The position numbers and the translations under genes are program-made. The notes beneath the pieces were generated by a model. The model searched no databases. It saw only the letters and a list, made by a program, of their open reading frames with translations, and was not told the DNA's origin. From contig OZ199840.1 in NCBI GenBank assembly GCA_964304625.1, forward strand, positions 10,563,644 through 10,627,643: a stretch of DNA of 64,000 bases, given 5' to 3'. Shown here piece by piece: positions 41,703 through 54,719 of the stretch (the first letter of the stretch is position 1; every line of letters starts with the position of its first letter). The DNA comes from Kudoa neothunni. Its lineage: Eukaryota > Animalia > Cnidaria.

Positions 41703-42190
41703 ATGCCACCAAGAACCGGTAGTTTTATTGATCTCAACCAGCTGTAATCTATTTTTATGCAGCAAGAAAACGCGACGACAAACACCCACCCCTTGAAAGT
41801 GAGCCTTTGGTCGATGTAGAAGTGAATCCCGTCACTGTTGATGAGATCGAATATGTTAAATTGGTTTCGTGTGATGGGTTCGAATTTTTGGTGCGTAAAG
41901 ATTTCGCTCTCACATCACACACGATATCTAACATGCTCGATGCTTATAGTAAAATTATAAAGATAAAATTTTCGATGATTATTACTGAAATTATTTTTGT
42001 AGGTTTTCTCCAAGATTCTCTAAATGTGATTGTATTCTACGAGATTAGAGGATGTGTTCTGGAAAAAGTTTGTCATTATCTTTCCTACAAAACATCCTAC
42101 AGTAACACCAACGAAGATATTCCCCTATTTCCTATAGATAATGATATTGCCATTGAGTTATTGATCGCTTCGAATTTTCTCGATTGTTAA
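41703..42190 (+). CDS. ELOC: Elongin C (3 exons)
   Basis: MPPRT|ARKRDDK..EYVKLVSCDGFEFLVRKDFALTSHTISNML..|..EIRGCVLEKVCHYLSYKTSYSNTNEDIPLFPIDNDIAIELLIASNFLDC*. Confidence 0.95.
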
Positions 42191-44311
42191 TGTTTATTTT
42201 TTGTTTTTAATTTTTTTTATTTTCCCAATTCTAGTATAAAATATTATTTTTTCGAATCTTTCTATTTAATATTATTCATCGAAATCTGCTGCAATAAATA
42301 TTGCGATTTATTTGAAGTAATTTCCGCTTCTAAGGTTTGGTGGTCGGAATATTTATTCTACTGTCAGCGATTACGATTTTACTAATTAAACAATGAGTGT
42401 CTCTTTCTCTGATTGTGCTTACCTTACTAAGGTAATCCTGAATGGGGGCAAATTAGAGTATGGTTAATTTTATCTGACCTGTTTGAATGTGGAAAATAAT
42501 AATAATACATTAACAATACTATCAGATAGTATTAAATTGTATCTGTAGACTATGAATAGCGGCTGTGAGAATTAAAAATTTAGATTGCGCTTGCGTGAAT
42601 GACTAAAAGATATTTTTCAGCGCAAAAAATCGTCCAAAAAAAATACTGTCCAGTTTAATTGGCTATTCACAAAATAAATAGATTAAACATTCTTATACTG
42701 GTACTAATTATTAGTGTAGTAACGTTTATTTGGATTAATAAATTAATATTAACAAACAATGCGTTATTGCGCCTGTGCACATACAAAAAACGCATCTTTT
42801 TTTAATTTATGGTTAATTTTGGATATTGCGTGTATTATTTTTGGATTGAAAATAATATGTGCGGTAAAGGGAATTTACAAAATATGCATACTTGAAGCGC
42901 TTGCGCATTATGTATAAACACAATTTATTTAATGTGGATTATAACTTGTTACTATCTTTTTTGGATCATTAATATGAGAAATCCAAGATTGGATGTGTTG
43001 ATGTAACATGTGGATTTTAATCCACCAATCATGTAATCACATATGTGCGATCGAGAGCAGAGCGGTACGTCAAGATTGACTTTTAATGCTAATAAGCTAA
43101 TAACGCAAGTTCGATTCCCAGTTCGGACCTTGTGTGACATTTAATGTAACGGTAACAGTGATACGGGATAAATGGGACTCTTCAGACATCAATAATAAAT
43201 AATAAAAATCCTCCGCGCGATGTTTATCATTTGATAACTGTCTGTTAATCCTTGATATAACTGAAAATAATGATTTGGGGATTTCCTGCATAAAGCCACT
43301 CCTTTTAAGTTAATAGATATTTTGATTTTCAAAGCTGGAATATGCGCTCAATCATTTCCAAAATTCGGAACCACTTTTTCTTTTTGTCCCTCAATTTTTT
43401 ACATTTAATGCATAGTTTTAATTTCTTAATATACTATTTTTCTGATATTAATTATGTTATTTTCATAACAGTTCAGATCTAATTATACGTTGATAAACAA
43501 TTTAATCATGTGACCAAATGTCCATCATTATTTTTAATATACAAAATGAGGGAAATCTACTATTTCTAATAGGTATTAAAATTCAATTTACTAAAGAATA
43601 AAATGACAGTGTTCAAACTTGTAGTTTTTTGTGCATTTTAAGGGTTAATATCCAGAATAATGTACATAATTAAATTTCGATTTCTTGCAGATTGTTGAAT
43701 TTTAATAAAATAATTCAACATTATCGATATTTAAAATAGCATAATACGTCAAGATCCATTGGATGAAGTATGTTTACTTTTTAAGGTTAAGGGAGAAATG
43801 TAATATTTTTAAATTCGTAAAAGTTTTATGGATCGATAAGAACTTAATCTGATCGATATGAGTGCATTAATGTTTTTCTTTTTGAAATTTTTTATCATCG
43901 GATTTTAGGATATTGCAAAAAATTTAAATGATATCCACGCATATTTTGAGCATATTGATTCAGAGGGAGTGAAACTAGTTTCTTAGACACCTGGATTTTT
44001 CATAATTTTCAATTACTAATAATGAGCAATTGTAGTAATTTTTGAAGAGTCGGAAACAAGAAAGGTAAACGGCTTCTTTGATTGTTTCATTCCATTCATG
44101 TCGATTTTACCATTTAGATTATATTTGGGTATGAGTAATTGCTCATTAAAAGTCCCTTCTATATTTATTGTGTTTCATAAAAAATATCCTACTGAAATAT
44201 GGAAATTTCATTGAATCTTTCCAAAAAATCCATACAGTTCTATTTTTTACACACTATTAGCTTCACGGTGAAATTTTTTATAATCGCTCTCAAATCTATT
44301 TATAAATCATA

Positions 44312-45601
44312 CAGTATTTCACGATCAAGATGCAAAAATAGTAAACCAACAAATTTTATAGTTAAATAATAGTTTCTGCATTAATTGTTAATGGGGTTCT
44401 TAAGCAGGGATGCTGAAAAGTAAGATTTTGAATGTCTCACATAGCTTTGACAGTTGGTTTCGGTTATTTGGGTCGGACTATTTTCCATACATTCAATCAG
44501 CTCATCATGTGTTTTTGATGCAATCCTTTTAACAATTGATTTCAGTTGCCCGAAAACTTCTTCAATTGGGTTAAGGAAGGGTGAATACGGCGGTAGTAGT
44601 AAGAGTTTGTGAGGACTGCTTTCTATCAAATTTCGAACACTCTCAGTCTTATGGAAAGCTACGTTATCCATAACCAAAATAGCCTTATCGACAGAATTCG
44701 CCTTCAAATTTGCAAAAAGATCTTCTAGAAATGAAGAAAACACAGACTGGTTCACGCCCCCCTTGTGAATTTTAAAATTCCAAATTTTTTTGTCACTCAT
44801 CGCCGCTATTAATATGTTTTGAGATCTGATGTATTTGACCTTTAAATTTGCTCTCGTCCTAGAAAGGGATCTACTTTGGGAACGAGGGGTTGATAGGGAA
44901 AATCCCGATTCATCGATATACAATATTTCCGAATACCTAGGTTCCAATCTTATGAATTCGTTTACATAACTAAGAAATATTAGATCAAATATATAGATCA
45001 ATACGTCACTCGAATCGTAATGAAATTGTCCTAGTAGAATTCCTATCTACAGGCACCAACGATATTTTTTTAAGGTATAATGAAACTGTTTCAGAACTCT
45101 ATTAATAGTTTGACGAGAAACGCAAATAGAAAATTTTTGAAACAGCTTCTCTAATAACTGATTGAATGTCAGCGTACAGTTATCATCTACCTCTGTAAGT
45201 AAAAATTGTTTGTGCACTTCACTCAACATTGAGCGGCGATCTCCTCCAGTTGCCAACCTTTGGAACGAGCCGGTGTCATTGAATCTCTTCACTATTCTAC
45301 TTACTGTAGATTCGGGAATGTTTAATGACTCTGAAATTTGACGATTCGCCTTTCCAATCTTAATTATTTTAATAATCATTTAAAATTTGTGCTCACTTCG
45401 ACATGGTGAGCAATTTTAGCCCTATCTTTGGCACTAACAATCTCGTATTTTCTCTTAATAGAATTATTATTTTCAATTTGCTCAGGCATGCTTTTATGGT
45501 CTTAACTGGAGAAAACGTGAAAATGCGCGTGCAATTTGTATCTTGATTGGACATACTTGCATCTTGATTGAACATGTTTGCATCTTGATCGTGAAATACT
45601 G
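44312..45601 (-). mobile_element. IS630/Tc1-like DD34E transposon, near full length
   Basis: TA TSD; perfect ~25-bp TIR CAGTATTTCACGATCAAGATGCAAA; three 21-bp direct repeats at one end. HTH ORF 45047-45379 and DDE ORF with YIDESG, MDNVAFH, PPYSPFLNPIE (34 residues between D and E). The 5' end carries a stop and a deletion. Confidence 0.93.
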
Positions 45602-47096
45602 TATAAACCAACAGTTATTACTGCTAAATTAGATAATATTTACGGATTTTGTAATATTTTTCCGCTAAAATTAATTAGGATAACAGGAAAAACCTTTTGA
45701 TCATTCTTATTTCAGTTATCCACCCCGAAAACTTAATTAATTAATTGATTGATTGATTAATTAATTAATTAAATTATTTATTTATTGAATTTATTTACTT
45801 AAATTATTTTATTTTTCTGGAATTCGAAATTTTAGAATGACTAATATCGCATCCAACAGATAAAATTCTATCATATATATATATATATATATATATAAAT
45901 TAACCCGAAAATGTATTTTAAGGCATTTAGTTTATTTTATATTACTAGATAGCTTCAAATGTTTAAAAGCTTCTGCGTATACTCCTTTGTGTAATTTACC
46001 GAATTATAATACTCAATTTTCTCAGCATCCGTGCGACTGAATCCTCGTCATTTTTGTTGCGGAGAATTTAAAAGATAGATTAATTGAAGATTAAACTGAA
46101 CAAAATATTATCAAGTGACAATATTTATTTTAGCATGCTATTTTAAATTTATACCTCATTTATAAAACATTTTTCAGCACAATTAACACACTCTAAAACA
46201 ATATACAATAATGTCTAAGTGAAAATGTTAAAATATCCTTTATATATCATTAAACTTGTATAATTATAATTACACCATATTTATTTCAAATGTATTTTCT
46301 CGTTATCCCAACATTATGTTTAAAAAAATTAAGTTTATAAAACCCCAAAATTAATCATAATTATATGAATAAATTGTTTATTTAAAAAATATTCAGTTTT
46401 TGAAAAAAAGGAAGAGATTTCTCGGCGGGTTTAAAAAAGACTTATAAATCAAAATTTCGACTTGTAGAGCGAATTAATAATGACTTAATACAATAACTGT
46501 ACTAATTACTATTAGAATATTGGCTACATATTGACATAAATTATCTCGATTCACAGATGGAAATGATTGAATAAACATATTATAGCTCATAATAGTAATC
46601 TAAATAATCTAGCCTAGCTCCTCCAATACTTTATTGATAAAAATAAAATCCTTAATTTATGTTTAAATATAATATAATTTCAATTAAATTTTGTTCGGAA
46701 AATCGTAACCTACAATTTCGCGCGCAGATTTTAAGTTATAATTTTCACACCTATAAACTCTGTACAATTTATACAGTATAAACTTAACTGATAATGCGAT
46801 ATATGGTCATCTTATGAAAAACTTATTAAAATTTTTCAATAAAGCGTAGTAACATGATTTTTTTGTAGTGTGAATGTAGATTAATATCACATTATTAAAG
46901 GTTTGCAAAAATGTTAGAACGATGTGGTTAATATAAAATTTTTAAATCATTCTGACATCTTCATGTTAGAATAAACCCAATTATTCCAAGAGATTAAAAA
47001 TAAACCCAAGGCATTTGTAATCGGATTATATTCGCTTTTACAAATTTGCAATCAATAAACCAAAATAACTAATATTGATAGATATTCTTTGAGGGA

Positions 47097-49122
47097 TTAA
47101 ACAAAGCTGTTTTCGATACAATATCGAAATAATGTAAGATCATTGTCGTTATTCACAGGGAAAAAACACAAATCCATCTATTTTTCATTATCAAACAAAT
47201 TGGATTAATAGAAAGATACCTCGTCTGTGTGTTGAGCCAGTGATTTATCGTTTCCAACAAATACCAAGTGTTTATTATTAAATCTCTTAATTAGGTTATT
47301 CAACGCATCGCTTAAATCTATTGTATTGTAAATAATTAACCAGGATTAATTATCCTACTACCGTCACTAAATGAATAGATATTTTCCACTGGAACATATA
47401 TTCCAAGTTTATTTATTATCAAATAGGTAGCCATTAGACACAAAGTGTTATTGGTTAGGATAAAGTTGTGTTTTAGGTTGTGTTGGTTGATCAACGAAAG
47501 ACATGGTTTGGCGCGCGTGAGCAAATCGAAATTGTCAATTTTCTGTGAACCATTCCATCTATTGTGACAGTAGAATGGTTGGATATCTGAACAATATCTA
47601 TTCGAGTCTAAATCCTCATCACCGCATTTCATGATTTGACTAATTACGCAATTTAGAATTCTCGTAAAAATCCACATTGGCCCGCATCTTATCAAACAAC
47701 GTTTTTGGACTATTTTGATTACAGCTAGGCTTGTCACTATATAAAAATCTGAATGTGCTACATAATGGGGCCAATTACTCTAATACAATTGAACAAATTA
47801 GAGCATTAGACAAATTATTTGTTTTGGTATCCTAATAATTAAACAATTAAAATATTAAACAATTACACAATCAATTAATTAAATATTAAACAATTTATTA
47901 AAATATTAATATTAAATATTAAAATATCAAATAACCCTATTGTCAAAAATATTACCGAGAAATCGTCGAAAAATAGATATTGCTTTGCAAACTCTACGAT
48001 ATAAGGGTTGACCTAAAATCACCGCCCGTGTGTTTGATATTTAGATTAGGAACGATACAATGAAATTATTACCTGGTTGTGTGCACCTTCAAGGTCGTAA
48101 TTCTCATCTATACACCAAACGAAAATTGTCTACATGTTAAATTATAAATCGCGTACGTCAGTAGTGATAATCGCCAAGTATTAATGCCTTACTTCCTGTG
48201 TATCGAAAGTTCTTGTGAGAATAGACTTTTTTAGCGTAATAAAATTCGAGCTATCCGAATAGGTTAAATTTGGAAGATTAAAACCATCATTAAAATGGTC
48301 GATCTGAGGTAGAGAAATAGGCGGGTTTATCGGATGGTAGAAGTTGTCAATAGAAAAATTTTCTGAGCATATTAATGGTGCAAACAGCAGATCTTTTACA
48401 GTGTTATAATGGGCCGACAAGGGTTCGTTTGTATTGGGGGCAAACTTGCTATTCACTTGACTCGAAATACTGTTCAAATCGTTGCATTCATATCCAGAAG
48501 CAATGAAAGCACCACATTTATGTCTTGTATTAACAATGTTTGTATTTAATTCATCAGCTTTCATCTGTTGTAAGTTCAGGGGTGTTGGTATGGATATCAT
48601 ATTGGCGTGGTTCTTCATACTTTGAAATGTAGCATCATTACTGCCAGCATGTTGAAATAAATTATCTGTTTGAGAGCCAAAATTGTAGTTGGGGTAGCTT
48701 TGAAATTAATTATCAAAGCTATTTAAGTCAGAGAACTAACAACACTTACTTTAATGAGGGCATTAATTCATTCGCGTTAAAACCTTCTTGGGGAACCGGA
48801 AATGGAAAATACTCCGACCCCAAATAAAAATTCGAAAAATTATTGCTATTGGTCTGCTTGTAAGAAGAACACGGGACATTATTTTTAAATTCAAATCGGT
48901 TGGTTGTTTCATCCTCTTTTTTCATGCAAATATCTCTAGGGAGACTGTTTTCGTCAGAAACCACCAACCAGTTGTTTTCGCCCTGAAACAAACTTAAATT
49001 GTTATCATCTAGACAGAAAAATTAAAATAATCTAACTAGAACAACAACAATACACATGTCCGTCCGCCAAAATCTAAACACCCGGATTGGCGCTTAAAAT
49101 TGATATTACTCAAAGATTTCAT
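47097..49122 (-). CDS. EYA: Eyes absent homologue with degenerate HAD phosphatase motifs (multi-exon)
   Basis: S/N/P-rich N-terminus, then EYA-domain-like blocks TIFVWCIDEN, IVEFAKQYLFFDDF, AKPCLSLINQHNLKHNFILTNNTL..LIINKLGIYVPVENIYS, LIKRFNNKHLVFVGND, FFPVNNDNDLTLFRYCIENSFV*. Confidence 0.85.
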
Positions 49123-49599
49123 AGTATTTATCTATCCAAAAAGATTGGTGTGACTTTAACATTCGCTAGTAATACAAGATAAGGACTTATTACAATAACA
49201 TGTTAATAATGTTCGTTGTTTTTTTAAACCATACTTCAATTATGGATTTAGTTTTCACGTTAAACTAAAAATCTACATCCCTCAGATATTGTCTATACTA
49301 GAATTACTATTAATATTTGGGCAGTGAAGTGGAATTGTACAAATATTCTCAATATACATCGTATCATTTTTGTTTTAAGATTTAAAAACAACTATTTTTT
49401 TAACCGTATATTATAAATTAATTATTCATTTATTTATTTATTAATATCATTTGTTTTATATATTAATACGAGATTTACTATTCTAATCCAAAAACAATAT
49501 ACGATTGGTTATTGCCATGGAGAATAATCACCCAGATAAATACTCGGAAATTTTTTGAATTAATTTTAAGTTCTTATTTATTCGATTAACCTCAAAGTA

Positions 49600-49630
<31 letters not shown>

Positions 49631-51115
49631 CAGAATATTAGTAAACGTTTGATTTGAGTCAGTCATAAACCTTATAAATGAAAGTTGAAATGAACGGAAT
49701 TTATATTCGCATAATACGAGAAATCATTAAGATTAAATTGTTGAGAAATAATTTTTGATTGTTGCTTTAATCAACGACAAAAAAATGATAGAATGTTGTG
49801 CTCTACATTAGACGTTCATATTCGAATGGGTGAATTTTTTAACACATCGACCAAGTGTGTCATAACTTTGAAGTTTCCGAGTAAATTTAAATTTACATAA
49901 TTTTTTATATATAATTAAATATTAGTTCGGTGTTTACAGAAAATTCTGGTTTGTCTGGAAAATTTTTGCCAAATGTCCGATTTGAGTTTGCAACGCTAGT
50001 GCATGCGTGGGAAAAATTTCAACTTAAATAATTAAATCGCGTAAATTTAAAGTTTATAAATCCCCAATATTTATTAACAAGTTTTTTTTTAATTTTTTAA
50101 TGGAAGAAAAACGCTGTCCTGACGTTATTAGATTGCGAAAAAACGTATGCTCGCGCAATTTTTCAGGTTTGTAAACTCGTCCGCAGATAACACCAAAAAT
50201 TATTCGTGGGCTGCACTTTTCCCACCGCTAAATTAGAACAACACACATCCAATCGAAATCAGGATTAAAAACTAATACGAAGGTTGTGACGAAAGTGATA
50301 TTCGTAGGATTATCGGGATTATTAACGAATTTATTTGCGCTATAACTCATTATTCTTTTTTCGCATCCACCAAAATTTTCAATATTTCTTGTTACGGAAT
50401 TTTTTCGTAACAAGTGATAAAATAAAATCTAGGGTAGTTTTCTACCACAGAGTACATCGGAGTGCAGTCGATTTTCGGCCCTTTAAATGTTAATATCGTT
50501 TTAGAGAGATCAAACAAATAACTAAAATTAGAGAGCTGGAACAATAATTACAAAAAATTAACTATTTTGTTCAAATTAATGTCTCTTTACTAGACATATC
50601 CTCTAATACACTCATTCCCATAAACCTCTATGCAACTCTTTATGATATACCTAAAAAATTTAAATAATTAGATTAAATGAAATTTCTATATTTAATCTAA
50701 TTCCTACAAGTTCAATTTAGCGAGTGTTTTAATGAAATTTGATAGCACATTTTTAGTATTTAAAATATTTAAGCTATCTGATTATAGCGTTTGCTATCAA
50801 TTAATCATTTATTTAGATAATATGCACCTTTCTATTCTATTTAAAACCACGAATAGAACTTTCGAATGTACTTGTTAAGTCAAATATATTAAAATCTGAG
50901 TATAATATGTGTATTTATGCACACAATTACTCGATATATATATATATATATACAGATAAATGACATTATTAAATTAACGATTGATTTTAATATCTAAAGT
51001 GGAATGTTTCTTTTAACAGTCTATCACTTTGAAATATATGATTATAATCCTATTATTTTTGATATCGTGCAATCCTTTAATCAATTTAATTCCGAAAAAA
51101 TAAGCATTTTCTAAA

Positions 51116-53639
51116 GGCGTTGGCTATTGCTACGGGGATCCGTAAAATCCGCATGCGGGGGTGTCTATTGTTACGGAGGGAATAACTTCAAATCTAAGAA
51201 CCCTGGTAAAATTTGAAATTCACATTTTAATTAATGACTTTTGGCCTAACATAATTAACTATTTGGAGAAAATTTGACCTATCGAAATTTCTAATATTGT
51301 GACTATAAATTTCGTGTTTTATGTTTTGTTATGAGTAAAGTTAAATACATATTTTAATTTTTTACTAATAAAGGTTTCTTTAACTTAAAAAACAACACAC
51401 AAGACATTGTGATTTAGGTATAAAAACGTCCACCCTATTATCTCCGATTGTACCTAATATGTTTAATCTACCTCAGCTAATGTAATCTGTTAAAATATTC
51501 TTAACTATGTTTTTATAAAATCAAATAATTGCATTTGTTGTATATATATATATATATATATTTGATATATTGGCTATATTTATATCTCTATTATTACATA
51601 TCAATAAGGTATATTAAGTACTACCGCTATTCATAGAAAACGATTAGAGCATTCTATGTAGTGAATTCAGCAAATATATTTAAAGTAATGTCTAATTTTA
51701 TAGCTAAAATCAATATAAAAGCTTACTGTTTACATTTAAATAGTGGTGAGCATAATTCTATCTTCCTAAATGTTATTGTTACAAATATAGATAAATTATT
51801 AGTTTTAATAACATTAAAATTTAAAAAAACATAAATTTTTCTCTAATGCGTTATCTGAAATTAATGTCCACAATAGAAGGAAACAAGTTTTGTATTCTTG
51901 ATTACAGTAACCTGTGCGGGAATTTAAGTTTTCATCGTAGCGTCATTTGTACGATGGAATCCTCTCCTGGATTTAAAGTTGACCTATATAACTCATTAAA
52001 AAATTATATTAATCGTCATGAAAATCTTTCTTCCTGAAACTTAAAAATGAGGGAATTTCGAAAAATACTAAATCCCCAATATATAATTCTAAAATATCTG
52101 AATGAAGCTTTGATTTACTACAAGATAACGTTTTTATTCTTTTTGACTCTTTATAAAAAAAACTTAAGGGTAACCAAAATTGTCAAAATATAAAGGTAAT
52201 TGCCTCTCTAGCATTACTTTTTGAGTTAGTAACGATATGGAAAAATTTCATAATCATATTCTTGAATGAGAGAAGTAATCATCTTTGTGATGCTTCGATA
52301 TACAAATTTCTACTTCATCAACAAAAAATCGATTTCTCAGATAATCATCTTTTTGAATTAATATCATTTGGATCTAATAAAATGCGTGTACAAAGAAAGT
52401 TATGCTATGAAAGGGGTAAAAATATCACTGTGGAATCCCTACACAACGTCAAAACAAGAGGAATAACTAACACAGATGTATTTACGACTATCAATAGGTT
52501 AACTCACAATCTTAATTGTGATGTTAAAATTATAAAAATGATAATAATGTTGTTACTTGATTATTTTTGGTTGATCATCTAATGAGACAAACTCGTCAAT
52601 TTTGCTGAAAGTTTTTGCCAATGAAGACAATAAGTAAACTTTTGAATTCGCAGTGATTGTAACTTCAAGTAGTTCGGCTAAAATCCACAATTTGTATTCT
52701 TATTAATACACGCATGTATTTGATTGCTACTAACGATCCTATTTGAACATTTCGCATAACTTGTGCATGAATTTTGTATGAAAAAATTCCAGTAGACATT
52801 AATGGCTACTTGAAACAAATTTTAGAATTCTTCCCTAGTTTGCTTGAAAAATTATGTATCGTTGTTACTGTTGAGAACATAAAGAAAGGTAATTTTTGAG
52901 AATTGTCTCTTCAAATACCCATTTTTTACCTGTAAACTTTGTGTAATACACATATTTCAAAGGAAATTAGCAAACAATAATACAAAATAATAATTGATAC
53001 TCGAAATAAAATCATTAAAATGTTAAAAAATATTAGTTAGAGTTATCATTCCCATCGAGAGTGAAAGCAATCGGACGACCTAAAGAATCTAGGCTAACAG
53101 TCATTGCTTTTTCTAGAAAAAAACAAAGAAAAACAAATATATTGTCTATTTAACGCACTAACAGTTTATTTTAAAAAAATTTATTTGAGCACAAAAATTA
53201 TATCATAATCAGTCTAATACAATATTTCTAACTCATGCACTTAAGAACTTTCAGAAACTAATAATTTATCTCTTCACTGTTTTAAATTTTCTAATTATAC
53301 AAATATGCCTCTCATTTAAAGTAAGTGAGCAGTTGCCACAAATTTAAAAACGTTTCTTGGTACACGCTCATATAAAAAGAAATCGAAATTGTTTGTTTCA
53401 TTTGAGCAATCTCCTTATTAGCTAATTTTACGCAAACAATTTTGCATAGTAATTTTATTAAACTTTAAAAGATGAACTGCAGCTATTTTTTAACCAAAAT
53501 TCCTTACAATAATGTTGTATTTTTCATTAAAATTATTAATTATGTTATGCCAAAAATCATTAATTACAAATGTGAAGTTCAAATTTTATGTGAATTTGTA
53601 GATTTGAAGTTATTCCATCCCGTAACAATAGCCACTACC
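51116..53639 (+). mobile_element. Decayed Mutator-like element (copy B, inverted relative to copy A)
   Basis: Perfect 9-bp TSD TTTTCTAAA; TIRs GGCGTTGGCTATTGCTACGG / CCGTAACAATAGCCACTACC. Remnant LLHQQKIDFS..SFGSNKMRVQ..ITVESLHNVK resembles the 33064-33306 MULE peptide. Confidence 0.88.
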
Positions 53640-54719
53640 TTTTCTAAATACCTTCAAAGTCATTTATATGCCAATAATTGAAATAATTTTTTGAATATCA
53701 AAAACTATTAAAAATTTCATAAGTATCTGTAAATACAACAAAAATAATCACACCTGCGTACTTGTTGACACAAACTGGCAGAGTTTTATATATTGTAAAA
53801 ATTAATAATCTAAAATTAATTATTATTTATTAATTATATATTTTAACAATGTAAATATCATCTAAGTAATAAAAACTAAATTATATTTGGAATTATTGTG
53901 TAGTCATAAATAGTCGAATCAAGAATATTATAATATATATTATGATTAATTTAATAAAATAGAAAATTAAATATTCAATAATGATGATGTATTTTTAAAT
54001 TAATACATTTACTAACAAATAATAATAACAATAATAAAAACGTGTATAAGTATAGAGAATAACTATTATATAGATTTTTACATTTTTAGATCATTATCTT
54101 TGTAGTTTTGAATTTAAAACAATCAATAATCTATTCTAATAATTTTAAAATATTCAAACGGTGGATTGATTGAATTTTTCTTTATTCTTATAAATTGACA
54201 AATTATACTATCAACAAATCATAAAATTTTAAATATAAGACAAAAACACATATAAACGCATTTTTAGATTATATAATTTTGAAAACTAATGTAAATAATT
54301 TGATGAATTTTCATTAGGACATTCGCAAAGTTTAAGTAGATAAAAGTGTGAAACATAACGGACCTACTTCTATAAAATGTGAGAAAGTTAAATGCTATCT
54401 AAAAAAATATATTATGCTACGTAAATTAAAATTAACGGAAAAAAAAACAAATACTTTTATTTTATTTCCTATAATCACTCAAAATATTCAAATCAGAGTT
54501 ATTTACATTGTCATTAATGAATTAATATAAAATTAACCCTTATCATTAAAAGATTTAAAAATAACCTTGATAAATTATTTATTATTTATTACACATAAAA
54601 TAATCGCGACCGAAATATATCAAAAAGAAAGAGAAAATTTCAAATTCTAATAAAAGTAATATCAAATATAATATTTTTATTGTGGTTATTATTGATAAAG
54701 GTGACTGTTAATGTTTGGT

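Noticed and set aside
42930-43650. Short minus-strand ORFs next to an AGGGTTAA end
   Set aside because: No recognisable motifs, partner TIR or consistent splice chain
45393-45611. ORF with repeated NQDA(N/S)M units; also considered as a CRISPR-like array
   Set aside because: It is the translation of the transposon's 21-bp subterminal direct repeats; there are no spacers and the context is eukaryotic
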